A DNA stretch of 32,000 nt from contig NZ_LT934425.1 of assembly GCF_900232105.1 (NCBI RefSeq), positions 2,880,001 to 2,912,000 of the forward strand, given 5' to 3'. This DNA is from Candidatus Kuenenia stuttgartensis. GTDB taxonomy: Bacteria > Planctomycetota > Brocadiia > Brocadiales > Brocadiaceae. Below the pieces are notes generated by a model. The model made no database searches. It saw nothing but the letters and a program-made list of their open reading frames with translations, and was not told where the DNA came from. This document shows positions 1 to 7,457 of the stretch, in pieces. Made by a program: the position numbers and the translations under genes. Numbering within the stretch: the stretch's first letter is position 1; each line of letters starts with the position of its first letter.

Positions 1-559
1 ACGAGAAGCAAAAAAGCAGATATTGGAAAAGGAAAACCGGCTGCCGGATTATCTTATTGCCTGTGTTGGTGGCGGTAGTAATTCAATAGGATTGTTTCAT
101 CCATTCATTGACGACAAAGAGGTAAAAATGATTGGCGTAGAAGCGGGAGGCACTGGCCCTGGAGTAGGCCAGCATGCATCGACTCTGACAAGCGGGAAAG
201 TAGGTGTGTTGCATGGAAGTGTAAGCTATGTTCTTCAGGACGATGATGGGCAAACATTGCCGGTGCATTCAATTTCTGCCGGTTTGGACTATCCCGGCGT
301 TGGTCCCGAGCACAGCTATTTGAAAGACATTGGAAGGGCTGATTATGTTTCGATAACTGACGAAGAAGCGGTAAGCGCCTTTCAGGAATGTGCCCGATTA
401 GAAGGGATTATTCCAGCCCTTGAGGCCGCACATGCTATTGCGTATACAATGAAACTTGCTCCTGTTTTGAGTAAGGACAAATTGATTATTGTTTGTTTAT
501 CCGGTACTGGAGATAAGGATTCCTTTGAAGTGGCAAAAAAACTAGGCTACGTCATCTAG
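1..559 (+). CDS. trpB: Tryptophan synthase beta chain, C-terminal part (5' truncated by window edge)
   Basis: Translation [32 protein letters not shown]...[54 protein letters not shown] is characteristic of TrpB; trpA follows directly. Confidence 0.97.
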   Translation, partial: REAKKQILEKENRLPDYLIACVGGGSNSIGLFHPFIDDKEVKMIGVEAGGTGPGVGQHASTLTSGKVGVLHGSVSYVLQDDDGQTLPVHSISAGLDYPGVGPEHSYLKDIGRADYVSITDEEAVSAFQECARLEGIIPALEAAHAIAYTMKLAPVLSKDKLIIVCLSGTGDKDSFEVAKKLGYVI

Positions 560-668
560 TGGAATACCACATATAAAATAATCGTAAGTAAATAAGGTAT
601 TTAATTCGAAGTAAAGCACAGTCTCTATTTGATTTTTAGAGTAGAGAAATCGTTATAGTTTTGTTGAG

Positions 669-1511
669 ATGATTCCAATGAACAGGATTGATAAAAAATT
701 TGAAGAATTAAAAAGAAAAAAGGAGCCTGCTTTTATTCCGTTTATTACGGCCGGAGACCCTGACATCGAAACAACAGAGGACTTGATTCTTGCTTTTGAG
801 AAAAAAGGGGCAGATATTATTGAGCTTGGTGTACCATTTTCCGACCCTATTGCAGATGGGCCTGTTATTCAGGCATCATATCACAGGGCATTGGGAAAAG
901 GGGTAAAGGTTGCGCAAATATTCGATATGATTTCGAGGCTTCGCAGTAAAACTCAAATACCTGTAGTCGGAATGATTTCTTATAGTATTGTGTACAAATT
1001 TGGAAGTAAAGCTTTTGTTGAAATGGCTTTAAAGGCAGGGTTTGACGGATTGACTATCCCAGACCTTCCCATTGAAGAAAATGAAGAAATATTTGAAATC
1101 TCATCCAAAAATGATTTAAAAATTGTTTGTTTTGTGGCCCCAACAACAACGAATCAACGAATGAACCTTATTACTCAAAGAACGCAGGGGTTTTTGTATT
1201 ATATTTCGGTGGTGGGGATTACCGGAGCAAGGGATATGTTGCCCGATGATATTGTACAAAATATTAATAAACTTAAACAGCTTACTAGTATTCCTATTGT
1301 AGTAGGTTTTGGGGTATCCACAGCCAAACAAGCAAGTATGGTCGGAAAGATCGCAGAAGGCGTAATTGTTGGCAGCGCTATTGTAAGAGAAATTGAAAAA
1401 TATGAACACGAACTTCATGAGAAGCGGATAGAAAATGTTGGTAATTTTGTTGAGGAGTTAGTTATTGGGACAAAGAATTTGCCGAAAACACCTTTGGTAA
1501 GCATTGGTTAG
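669..1511 (+). CDS. trpA: Tryptophan synthase alpha chain
   Basis: FIPFITAGDPDIETTEDLI, ELGVPFSDPIADGPVIQ and GFGVSTAKQ motifs; directly downstream of trpB. Confidence 0.97.
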   Translation: MIPMNRIDKKFEELKRKKEPAFIPFITAGDPDIETTEDLILAFEKKGADIIELGVPFSDPIADGPVIQASYHRALGKGVKVAQIFDMISRLRSKTQIPVVGMISYSIVYKFGSKAFVEMALKAGFDGLTIPDLPIEENEEIFEISSKNDLKIVCFVAPTTTNQRMNLITQRTQGFLYYISVVGITGARDMLPDDIVQNINKLKQLTSIPIVVGFGVSTAKQASMVGKIAEGVIVGSAIVREIEKYEHELHEKRIENVGNFVEELVIGTKNLPKTPLVSIG

Positions 1512-1553
1512 TTGAAGTTTTATTTTTAATATCATTTAAAAAAAAGAAAAAAC

Positions 1554-1714
1554 GTAACTATTCAGCGTGTTTGAGCAAAAAACATTATATGTGGTAGAGA
1601 ATGCTTGTTTTGTATTTTCAGACTATATGTGGTAGTACAACCTGTGGCTAAATTTTATGTTTTTAGTCATTTTATGCCATATATGGTAGTCGCAAAATCA
1701 CGCTGAATAGTTAC
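1554..1714. repeat. 161-bp inverted-repeat-bounded element (MITE-like candidate)
   Basis: GTAACTATTCAGCGTG at 1554-1569 is the perfect reverse complement of CACGCTGAATAGTTAC at 1699-1714. The interior holds iterated TATATGTGGTAG (1586-1597, 1624-1635) and TATATGGTAG (1680-1689). Confidence 0.6.
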
Positions 1715-1738
1715 AAGAAAGAAAAAACAGGATATATT

Positions 1739-2008
1739 TTGGATCAGAACAAAGAAAAAGGGTACACTCAATATCAAAAGAAGGTTATTAAGGGATTTTA
1801 TGAAAATAAAGACCTGCGACTAATACAAAACCTTGGAGAGCTGGTTTCTGATATGTACCTGATAACGGACGAAAAAAAGAAGGATTCCGGCTGGAAGAGA
1901 ATTAAGAAAATACTTGCCGATTTGAAGGTGCACCCTAACGAAGTGGAATATTTGACTAAAGAGAGAAACCTTGCGGTAATTTCAAAAAAAATAGAAGAAA
2001 TATTCTAA
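1739..2008 (+). CDS. Small conserved-looking hypothetical protein (TTG start)
   Basis: 89-aa ORF, charged/helical composition; no family recognised. Confidence 0.5.
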   Translation: MDQNKEKGYTQYQKKVIKGFYENKDLRLIQNLGELVSDMYLITDEKKKDSGWKRIKKILADLKVHPNEVEYLTKERNLAVISKKIEEIF

Positions 2009-2078
2009 TGGCAAGCAGGAGGCCGGCGTTAGTTAATATGGGCAATTTATGATTTATCAAAATCAACCGCAATGTCGG

Positions 2079-2106
2079 TTATAAGTGTCTGTGCAGACAC
2101 TTATAA
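2079..2106. repeat. 28-bp near-continuous palindrome / stem-loop
   Basis: TTATAAGTGTCTG-TG-CAGACACTTATAA, 13-bp perfect arms. Confidence 0.7.
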
Positions 2107-2252
2107 TTGCTACGTTTTTAAGTTCTGCCACTAAAAATCAGTATGTCTGGTTTTCCACAATACAGCTTCAGATGGGAATTAAACTGTGACCCTCTCTTAA
2201 AGCGGATGTTCACCCCAAGTCAAAAAACAAAAGTGCCGTAAAAGCCTTATAT

Positions 2253-3383
2253 TTATTGACTTTTACGCCGAACAGCAAGCTTTTTTCTAGTGACTACCCG
2301 TATGTTCCGGCTTGGCAATACTTCTGGCAACTTTATCTGTAATGCCTCTAATAATTCATGTGATTGTTGCCGCGGACGCGGGATCTTCTGGCAACTAGCT
2401 TTTTGGCCTTTGATTGTTACTTCCATCGAACAAATGGTCGTCAATTGTGCGAGACCTTCCTCTACCGTCAAGTCAAAATTCTTCCACGCTCTGCGCAGCC
2501 TTCGAATTATCATGTACGCAAGCATTACCACAAACACATGTCCCCGTGTACTATCCTCCTTTCTTACATACACCGGACGAACCTCCAAATTCACCGTCTT
2601 ACAGTCCCGAAACGCCTTCTCCACTTCCGTTAAATCCTTGTATCGTTCATGTACCAGATTGGTATCCGCCTCGTTCTCCTCAAGATCAGTCTTGATTGCG
2701 TAACAACCATCAAGGTATGATGCCTCCTTTAATGCTTCCTCATCTCTCTCTATCTTTAGCGTCCTATCCTCTTCTTTTATCTGCACCCACCCATCAAGTT
2801 TCAATCTCGTTAGCCTTTCCCTTGTTGTTTCCAGGGCCTTCGATACTGACGACTTAGGATGTTCCTTCAGATAACTGTTCTTCTTCACGATGTATTTCTC
2901 TATACTCTGTAATTTTGATACACGGGTCTTTGACATCTCTTCCGCCCTTACCGGATTGCGCCTCAGAATATATCTAACCTCATCATCCTTTATCTCGCAG
3001 AGCTTTTCTTCGAACAATCCTAATTGCAGTATCCCTTTATTTATCAACGACTCTATCTGCGGCTTGGTTATCGCCGTTATGTAATGAAACCCTTCCGGTA
3101 AACTTTCGATTTGCACCGTCTTGATCATCCCACGATCTCCTACAATCGTTACATCTTTGCATCCAAACCGCTCTAATACCTTCTTTACCTGAGATTCAAA
3201 GGTCTTCGGATCCTGGGTGTTGCCCCTAAATACTTCTGTTGATACCGGCTCCCCGGATTCATCACAAAGCATACCGATCACTATCTGTTTTTTCCTCTTT
3301 TTGCCGTCACGATTATACCCGTACTCACCAAAATGATTCGACTTCCCCTCTAAATAACTGCTCGTCACGTCATACAAAAACAA
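2253..3383 (-). pseudogene. IS1634-like (IS4-superfamily) transposase, N-terminally truncated
   Basis: MFLYDVTSSYLEGKSNHFGEYGYNRDGKKRKKQIVIGML...GNTQDPKTFESQV...VGDRGMI... matches the catalytic half of IS1634-type transposases. The ~200 N-terminal residues present in the intact relative at 7458-9290 are missing. Confidence 0.75.
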
Positions 3384-3632
3384 CTTCGGCTTATTGCCTC
3401 CTCGTCTTAATGCTACGTCTTAGAATAAATGCTCCAAAAATGCCCAATTAGTCTCAGAATATTTGAGTCTAATACCCAGCAAATGATTTGAAAAATCTTA
3501 CCCAGCTACCCCGCATTTTTTTTATCCTGCGTAAGTATTTCACTTGATTTTTTGTTCACGTTAAGAAAAATACATCGTTTACCCCGTTAGAAAGAAGTTA
3601 CGTCCGTAAGGCGGAGTAAAGCCTCATTAAAT

Positions 3633-3664
3633 AGTTTGGAAGGGGTTAAAACCACTTCCAAACT
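3633..3664. promoter_or_regulatory. Stem-loop in leader of the transposon module
   Basis: AGTTTGGAAG (3633-3642) / CTTCCAAACT (3655-3664), perfect 10-bp arms, 12-nt spacer. Confidence 0.5.
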
Positions 3665-3745
3665 TCCTAACGGCGGTTTACTTCCCAGTTCCCCGTTTTC
3701 ACGAGGACAAGTTTTGTAAGATTTTTCCGGAACATAAAAAACTCA

Positions 3746-3787
3746 GGGCAGGAGGACCGAACGTTGGGAAACTTCATCCTCCTGCCC
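3746..3787 (+). promoter_or_regulatory. Leader hairpin with possible alternative pairing to the downstream SD
   Basis: GGGCAGGAGGA (3746-3756) is the reverse complement of TCCTCCTGCCC (3777-3787). The inner CCTCCT (3778-3783) could instead pair with the SD AGGAGG (3805-3810) of the next gene. Confidence 0.45.
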
Positions 3788-3816
3788 ATTTCCCCTCTAT
3801 ACAAAGGAGGCAGTGC

Positions 3817-4455
3817 GTGAATATTATAGAAAAAATCCACAAGCATGAAAAGCTTATTGCGACAAAACAGAAGCCATGCTTTTGTCCAAAGTGCAAGAGT
3901 ACCCATGTCAATTTCACCCTTCATGAATGCAGATATCGGTTGTTTCACGTTATTATCGACTCCCTTGTTCATACGATAGAATCTTTCCTGGGACGTTGGA
4001 AATGTTCCTTGTGCAAGAAGACGTTTACTTCCTATCCTGAGTATGCGCTCCCTTACAAGCGGTACGTAAAGGATCACTGTCTCTCCTTCAGTCAGGCTTA
4101 TGTCAAAGATGATACAGAAACCTACCGGAGTGTCTCCTCTGCCATCGGATATACTACCCGAACACAGGAAATAGACAACCGCATGCTTGCCTGGTCAACC
4201 GTTTGGAGGTGGCTGCGTTTCTTTGGCTCACTGAAATACACACTCCGCAACGCCTTTGACCTCATCAGGCAGGCCGACCCCAACTCTCCGGTTTTTCGCC
4301 AAATGTTTCCCATTTACCACGGAAAGTATAAAAGCAAACAACGAAAAACCTCCCTCGATCAATCGATTCAATTGTTCAGCGCCGAGCCGGAATATCACCG
4401 AATTTTTGGGCATTCATTTTTCCCCGAACTGGCAACAAAAAGCGGCTGGTCTTGA
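3817..4455 (+). CDS. Zn-finger/HTH protein, DUF6431-like, first gene of transposon module
   Basis: GTG start behind AAAGGAGG; CFCPKC...WKCSLCKKTF zinc-ribbon pairs followed by an HTH-like region (VWRWLRFFGSLKYTLRNAFDLIRQ). Family name is from memory. Confidence 0.6.
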   Translation: MNIIEKIHKHEKLIATKQKPCFCPKCKSTHVNFTLHECRYRLFHVIIDSLVHTIESFLGRWKCSLCKKTFTSYPEYALPYKRYVKDHCLSFSQAYVKDDTETYRSVSSAIGYTTRTQEIDNRMLAWSTVWRWLRFFGSLKYTLRNAFDLIRQADPNSPVFRQMFPIYHGKYKSKQRKTSLDQSIQLFSAEPEYHRIFGHSFFPELATKSGWS

Positions 4456-4462
4456 GTTACAA

Positions 4463-4490
4463 TCACCTCCACACTTAAAAAAGGAGGTGA
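4463..4490 (+). promoter_or_regulatory. SD-sequestering hairpin upstream of transposase
   Basis: TCACCTCC (4463-4470) is a perfect complement of the SD GGAGGTGA (4483-4490), 12-nt loop, ATG at 4494. ATCACCTCC also mimics the 16S rRNA 3' tail. Confidence 0.6.
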
Positions 4491-4493
4491 ATT

Positions 4494-4946
4494 ATGAAAT
4501 CGAAAGACGAAAAATGGGCTTTATTCTGGTGCAATCTTCTGCATCCTGTCATCTTCGGTGAGATTGAGAAGGAGCAGACCAACCTTTTTCTGAAAAAACT
4601 CTGCCTTCAGGAGGTCGTATTCCCCAACGGAAAGCGGAAAAGACCCACTATCTCTACCCTCAGGAGAAAACTCAACCGCTACCGCAAAGATGGATTTCAA
4701 TCTCTTGCAAGAAAGGCGAGGAGCGACCGTGGCGCATCCAGAAGGTTTTCTCCTGAAATTATCGACAAAGCCGTTGAACTCAAAAAAGAACAACCACGCC
4801 GCAGCGACGATTGCCTCAACCGCTTTCTTGAGAAATACTATGGGAAAACGATCCCCAAATCCACCCTCTACCGCCATCTCAGACTCGCAGGGGCGACCCG
4901 GCTCAAACTCGGCGTCTCACAGCAAAAGGTGCGTATACGCTCTTAG
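4494..4946 (+). CDS. Transposase N-terminal HTH/DNA-binding part (frame A of a split transposase)
   Basis: ISTLRRKLNRYRKDGFQSLARKARSDRGASRRFSPEIIDKAVELKKEQPRRSDDCLNRFLEKYYGKTIPKSTLYRHLRLAG: HTH domains typical of Mu/IS481-like transposases. Stops at 4946 just before the catalytic domain in another frame. Confidence 0.75.
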   Translation: MKSKDEKWALFWCNLLHPVIFGEIEKEQTNLFLKKLCLQEVVFPNGKRKRPTISTLRRKLNRYRKDGFQSLARKARSDRGASRRFSPEIIDKAVELKKEQPRRSDDCLNRFLEKYYGKTIPKSTLYRHLRLAGATRLKLGVSQQKVRIRS

Positions 4947-6054
4947 CCGTGAGCATACCCACGACCTCTGGATTGGCGACTTCCAGGAAGGCCCTTTCGT
5001 GCTCGTTGACGGCGAGGCGCTTCCCACAAACCTCTGTCTCTTTATCGACTGCTACAGCCGTTATGTGGTCGAAGGACGGTATTATCTCAAACAAACCCTC
5101 GATATCCTTATCGATTCTCTCATCAGGGCCTGGACTATCCACGGCTCGCCCAAAGAACTCTACCTCGACAATGCCAAGGTCTACCACTCTGACGCCCTGC
5201 GCTCTGCCTGTTACAACCTCGGCATTAAACTCATCCACAGACCACCACGCGACCCTGCTCCCGGCGGACTGGTCGAACGTTTCTTCGGCACCAGCCAGAC
5301 ACAGTTCGAGTCGGAAGTCCGCTCCGGCGACATTATCACCCTTGATGCCATTAACCAGGCCTTCTCCGCTTACCTTGCCGTTGTCTATCACGCAAGAATC
5401 CACTCCGAAACCAATCAATCTCCAAAACAACGCTACGACGAGGGGCTTACCGTCATCCGACACGTCGATATGGACGCCGCTCTTGCCTTCTTCATGAAAC
5501 GCATCCCCAGAACCGTTGACAGAACCTTTGCCGATGTCCGCATTGATAACCGCTTTTACCGTGTTGACCCCAAACTCAGAGGCGATAAAGTAGAAGTCCG
5601 TTACGACCCATACGGCGATCTCAAAAAGGTCTTGATCTATTCCGCAAACGGTGAATACCTCGGCTCGGGAAATCTCTACCTGCGCGACCAGGGCGCTGAA
5701 ACTCCAGCCGCCTCACCTTCAAAACCAAAACATAATTACCTCGACCTTATCACTCAGAAACACAAATCCATTCTCCAGGCTCAGGCCAAAGGCATTGATT
5801 ACCACCAAATCATCTCCGAACGACCCTGGCCATTCATGGCATTCGTCCAGAAACTCGCACTCCTCATGGGACACAAAGGCTCTCTCTCCGCCTTCAGCTC
5901 TCATGAACTCGAATCGCTTAAAAAATGCTACAACCGTATCCCCGCTCTCAACGAATCATTGCTCACGGAGGCATTCCAAAATGCCTCCGTGAAAACCTTA
6001 CCCTATATCATTCGTGAATTACAAATCGCTTACTCGAAAAAGGAGGTCTCTTAA
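4690..6054 (+). CDS. Transposase DDE (rve) catalytic core plus Mu-type C-terminal domain (frame B); the portion upstream of ~4930 is probably not the native protein
   Basis: From ~4930: RCVYALSREHTHDLWIGDFQEGPFVLVDGE...LYLDNAKVYHSDAL...PPRDPAPGGLVERFFGTSQTQF (DDE motif), then a DRTFADVRIDNRFYRVDPKLRGDKVEVRYDPYGDLKKVLIY beta-barrel typical of Mu transposase C-terminal domains. Confidence 0.85.
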   Translation: MDFNLLQERRGATVAHPEGFLLKLSTKPLNSKKNNHAAATIASTAFLRNTMGKRSPNPPSTAISDSQGRPGSNSASHSKRCVYALSREHTHDLWIGDFQEGPFVLVDGEALPTNLCLFIDCYSRYVVEGRYYLKQTLDILIDSLIRAWTIHGSPKELYLDNAKVYHSDALRSACYNLGIKLIHRPPRDPAPGGLVERFFGTSQTQFESEVRSGDIITLDAINQAFSAYLAVVYHARIHSETNQSPKQRYDEGLTVIRHVDMDAALAFFMKRIPRTVDRTFADVRIDNRFYRVDPKLRGDKVEVRYDPYGDLKKVLIYSANGEYLGSGNLYLRDQGAETPAASPSKPKHNYLDLITQKHKSILQAQAKGIDYHQIISERPWPFMAFVQKLALLMGHKGSLSAFSSHELESLKKCYNRIPALNESLLTEAFQNASVKTLPYIIRELQIAYSKKEVS

Positions 6055-6056
6055 CC

Positions 6057-6848
6057 ATGTTTACTTCTCATTTTTCCATGACTACTCAGCCGTTCTCTGA
6101 AAGAATCAACACCAGCCTTATCATGAAAGACGAACGCTTTACCCAGGGGCTTGCACGACTCCAATACCTCTTACACTCAGGCTCTATCGCCGTCCTCTAC
6201 GGACAGACGGGAGTCGGAAAATCCACACTCCTCAAACTCTTCCTCTCACAAATCCCCCAAAACCTGTTTCTCCCCATCTACCTCCATTTTACCCACCTAA
6301 AATCATCCAGCCTTCTCTCCTTAATCGTCTCCCAGCTCGGTGAAATACCAAAACACACCAAAGACCGGCTCTTCCTCCAAATTATGGATAAATCCTTGCG
6401 CTCAAATCTCACTCCCATTATCGTTATCGACGAGGCTCATCTCCTGAAAACCGACGCCATCACAGACCTCAGACTCCTTGTCAGCTCTCCGCTTGATTCT
6501 TCCACTCATCTCAAAATCATCCTCTCGGGACAGGAACACCTCAAATATATCCTCAAAAGAGACATCCATGCCGACTTCGCACAACGCATCTCGGTACATT
6601 ACCACATTCATCCCCTTACTAAAACTCAAACCGCTGCATACATAGACTTCCATCTGAAATCTTCCGGCGCATCCGATAAAATCTTTGACTCAGACGTCAA
6701 AGACCTGATCCATGAGTTCTCCGCCGGCATCCCAAGGCAAATCAACGCCATTTCCACCGCCTGCCTGATTAACGCTTCCATCAGACAATCACAGAAAATT
6801 ACCCAGGATATCTTCCATCAGGCTCTTGCTGAAATTCAATCTTTTTAA
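6057..6848 (+). CDS. ExeA/TniB/TnsC-like AAA+ ATPase associated with the transposase
   Basis: Walker A GQTGVGKST, Walker B IIVIDEAH, sensor LSGQ; 2 bp downstream of the transposase stop. Confidence 0.88.
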   Translation: MFTSHFSMTTQPFSERINTSLIMKDERFTQGLARLQYLLHSGSIAVLYGQTGVGKSTLLKLFLSQIPQNLFLPIYLHFTHLKSSSLLSLIVSQLGEIPKHTKDRLFLQIMDKSLRSNLTPIIVIDEAHLLKTDAITDLRLLVSSPLDSSTHLKIILSGQEHLKYILKRDIHADFAQRISVHYHIHPLTKTQTAAYIDFHLKSSGASDKIFDSDVKDLIHEFSAGIPRQINAISTACLINASIRQSQKITQDIFHQALAEIQSF

Positions 6849-6859
6849 GGAGGTCTACC

Positions 6860-7162
6860 ATGGCCCGTCTCTTTTCCCCTCAACTCTTGCGCTCATTACG
6901 AAACGATATCCCCATCGATCGACTCATCACTGATGTCCTCTCCATACCTCATAAATACTCCGAAGGCTATTTCCGCTTCCTCTGCCCTCTCTGTTCTGAA
7001 TTTAATTCCGCCACCAACCCAAATACGAACCTCGCCAGGTGTTTCCGTTGTAAAAAAAACTTTAATACCATCGACATCGTCATGGTAGATTCCAACTCCT
7101 CTTTCCCAGATGCTGTCTATCTGCTAAAATCCGTTTTACCTCAATATATTAATTCCACTTAA
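6860..7162 (+). CDS. Small CHC2/primase-like zinc-finger protein, last gene of transposon module
   Basis: FRFLCPLCSEFNSATNPNTNLARCFRCKKNFNTIDIVMVDSNSSFPDAVYLLKS resembles the DnaG/CHC2 zinc-binding fold; RBS AAGGAGG. Confidence 0.65.
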   Translation: MARLFSPQLLRSLRNDIPIDRLITDVLSIPHKYSEGYFRFLCPLCSEFNSATNPNTNLARCFRCKKNFNTIDIVMVDSNSSFPDAVYLLKSVLPQYINST

Positions 7163-7378
7163 TCTGAGAATTCCAGGTTCATTTATTGTGGGGCTTAGCA
7201 ACCGGGCATTTGCTCCACGATCCTTATGGACCGCTTCATGGACTCTCTCCCGGAACATCAGCTTACCCATAAAATTCAATACCGGTAAAAGCCCTGCATG
7301 TACCGTTAAGCCTTTCCCGCTCATCTCTGCCTTGATTTTCGGTTGTCTTTTGCTGTATTTTTTTGCTATATTCTTCAT
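7136..7378 (-). pseudogene. IS1380-like transposase N-terminal remnant
   Basis: MKNIAKKYSKRQPKIKAEMSGKGLTVHAGLLPVLNFMGKLMFRERVHEAVHKDRGANA resembles IS1380-type N-termini. Homology appears to end at ~7205. Confidence 0.5.
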
Positions 7379-7457
7379 CGAAATGGTGAATCTCCTTTCA
7401 GGTGTTTTTTGTTATCAATATACCGCCGAATACCTTGGAAATCCTACCATTTCAATC

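Noticed and set aside
1739-2008. 89-aa ORF as an antitoxin or anti-CRISPR
   Set aside because: No toxin partner or recognisable fold; insufficient evidence beyond a conserved-looking small protein.
3667-4077. Minus-strand ORF of 136 aa opposite the Zn-finger/HTH gene
   Set aside because: Antisense to a better supported gene with zinc motifs and a strong RBS; no recognisable features.
4690-4925. N-terminal extension of the 454-aa ORF (MDFNLLQERRGATVAHPEGF...)
   Set aside because: Out-of-frame reading of the HTH-domain sequence encoded by 4494-4946; low-complexity, unlike a transposase domain.
4903-5463. Minus-strand ORF of 186 aa within the transposase
   Set aside because: Overlaps the DDE catalytic domain in antisense; likely shadow ORF from codon composition.
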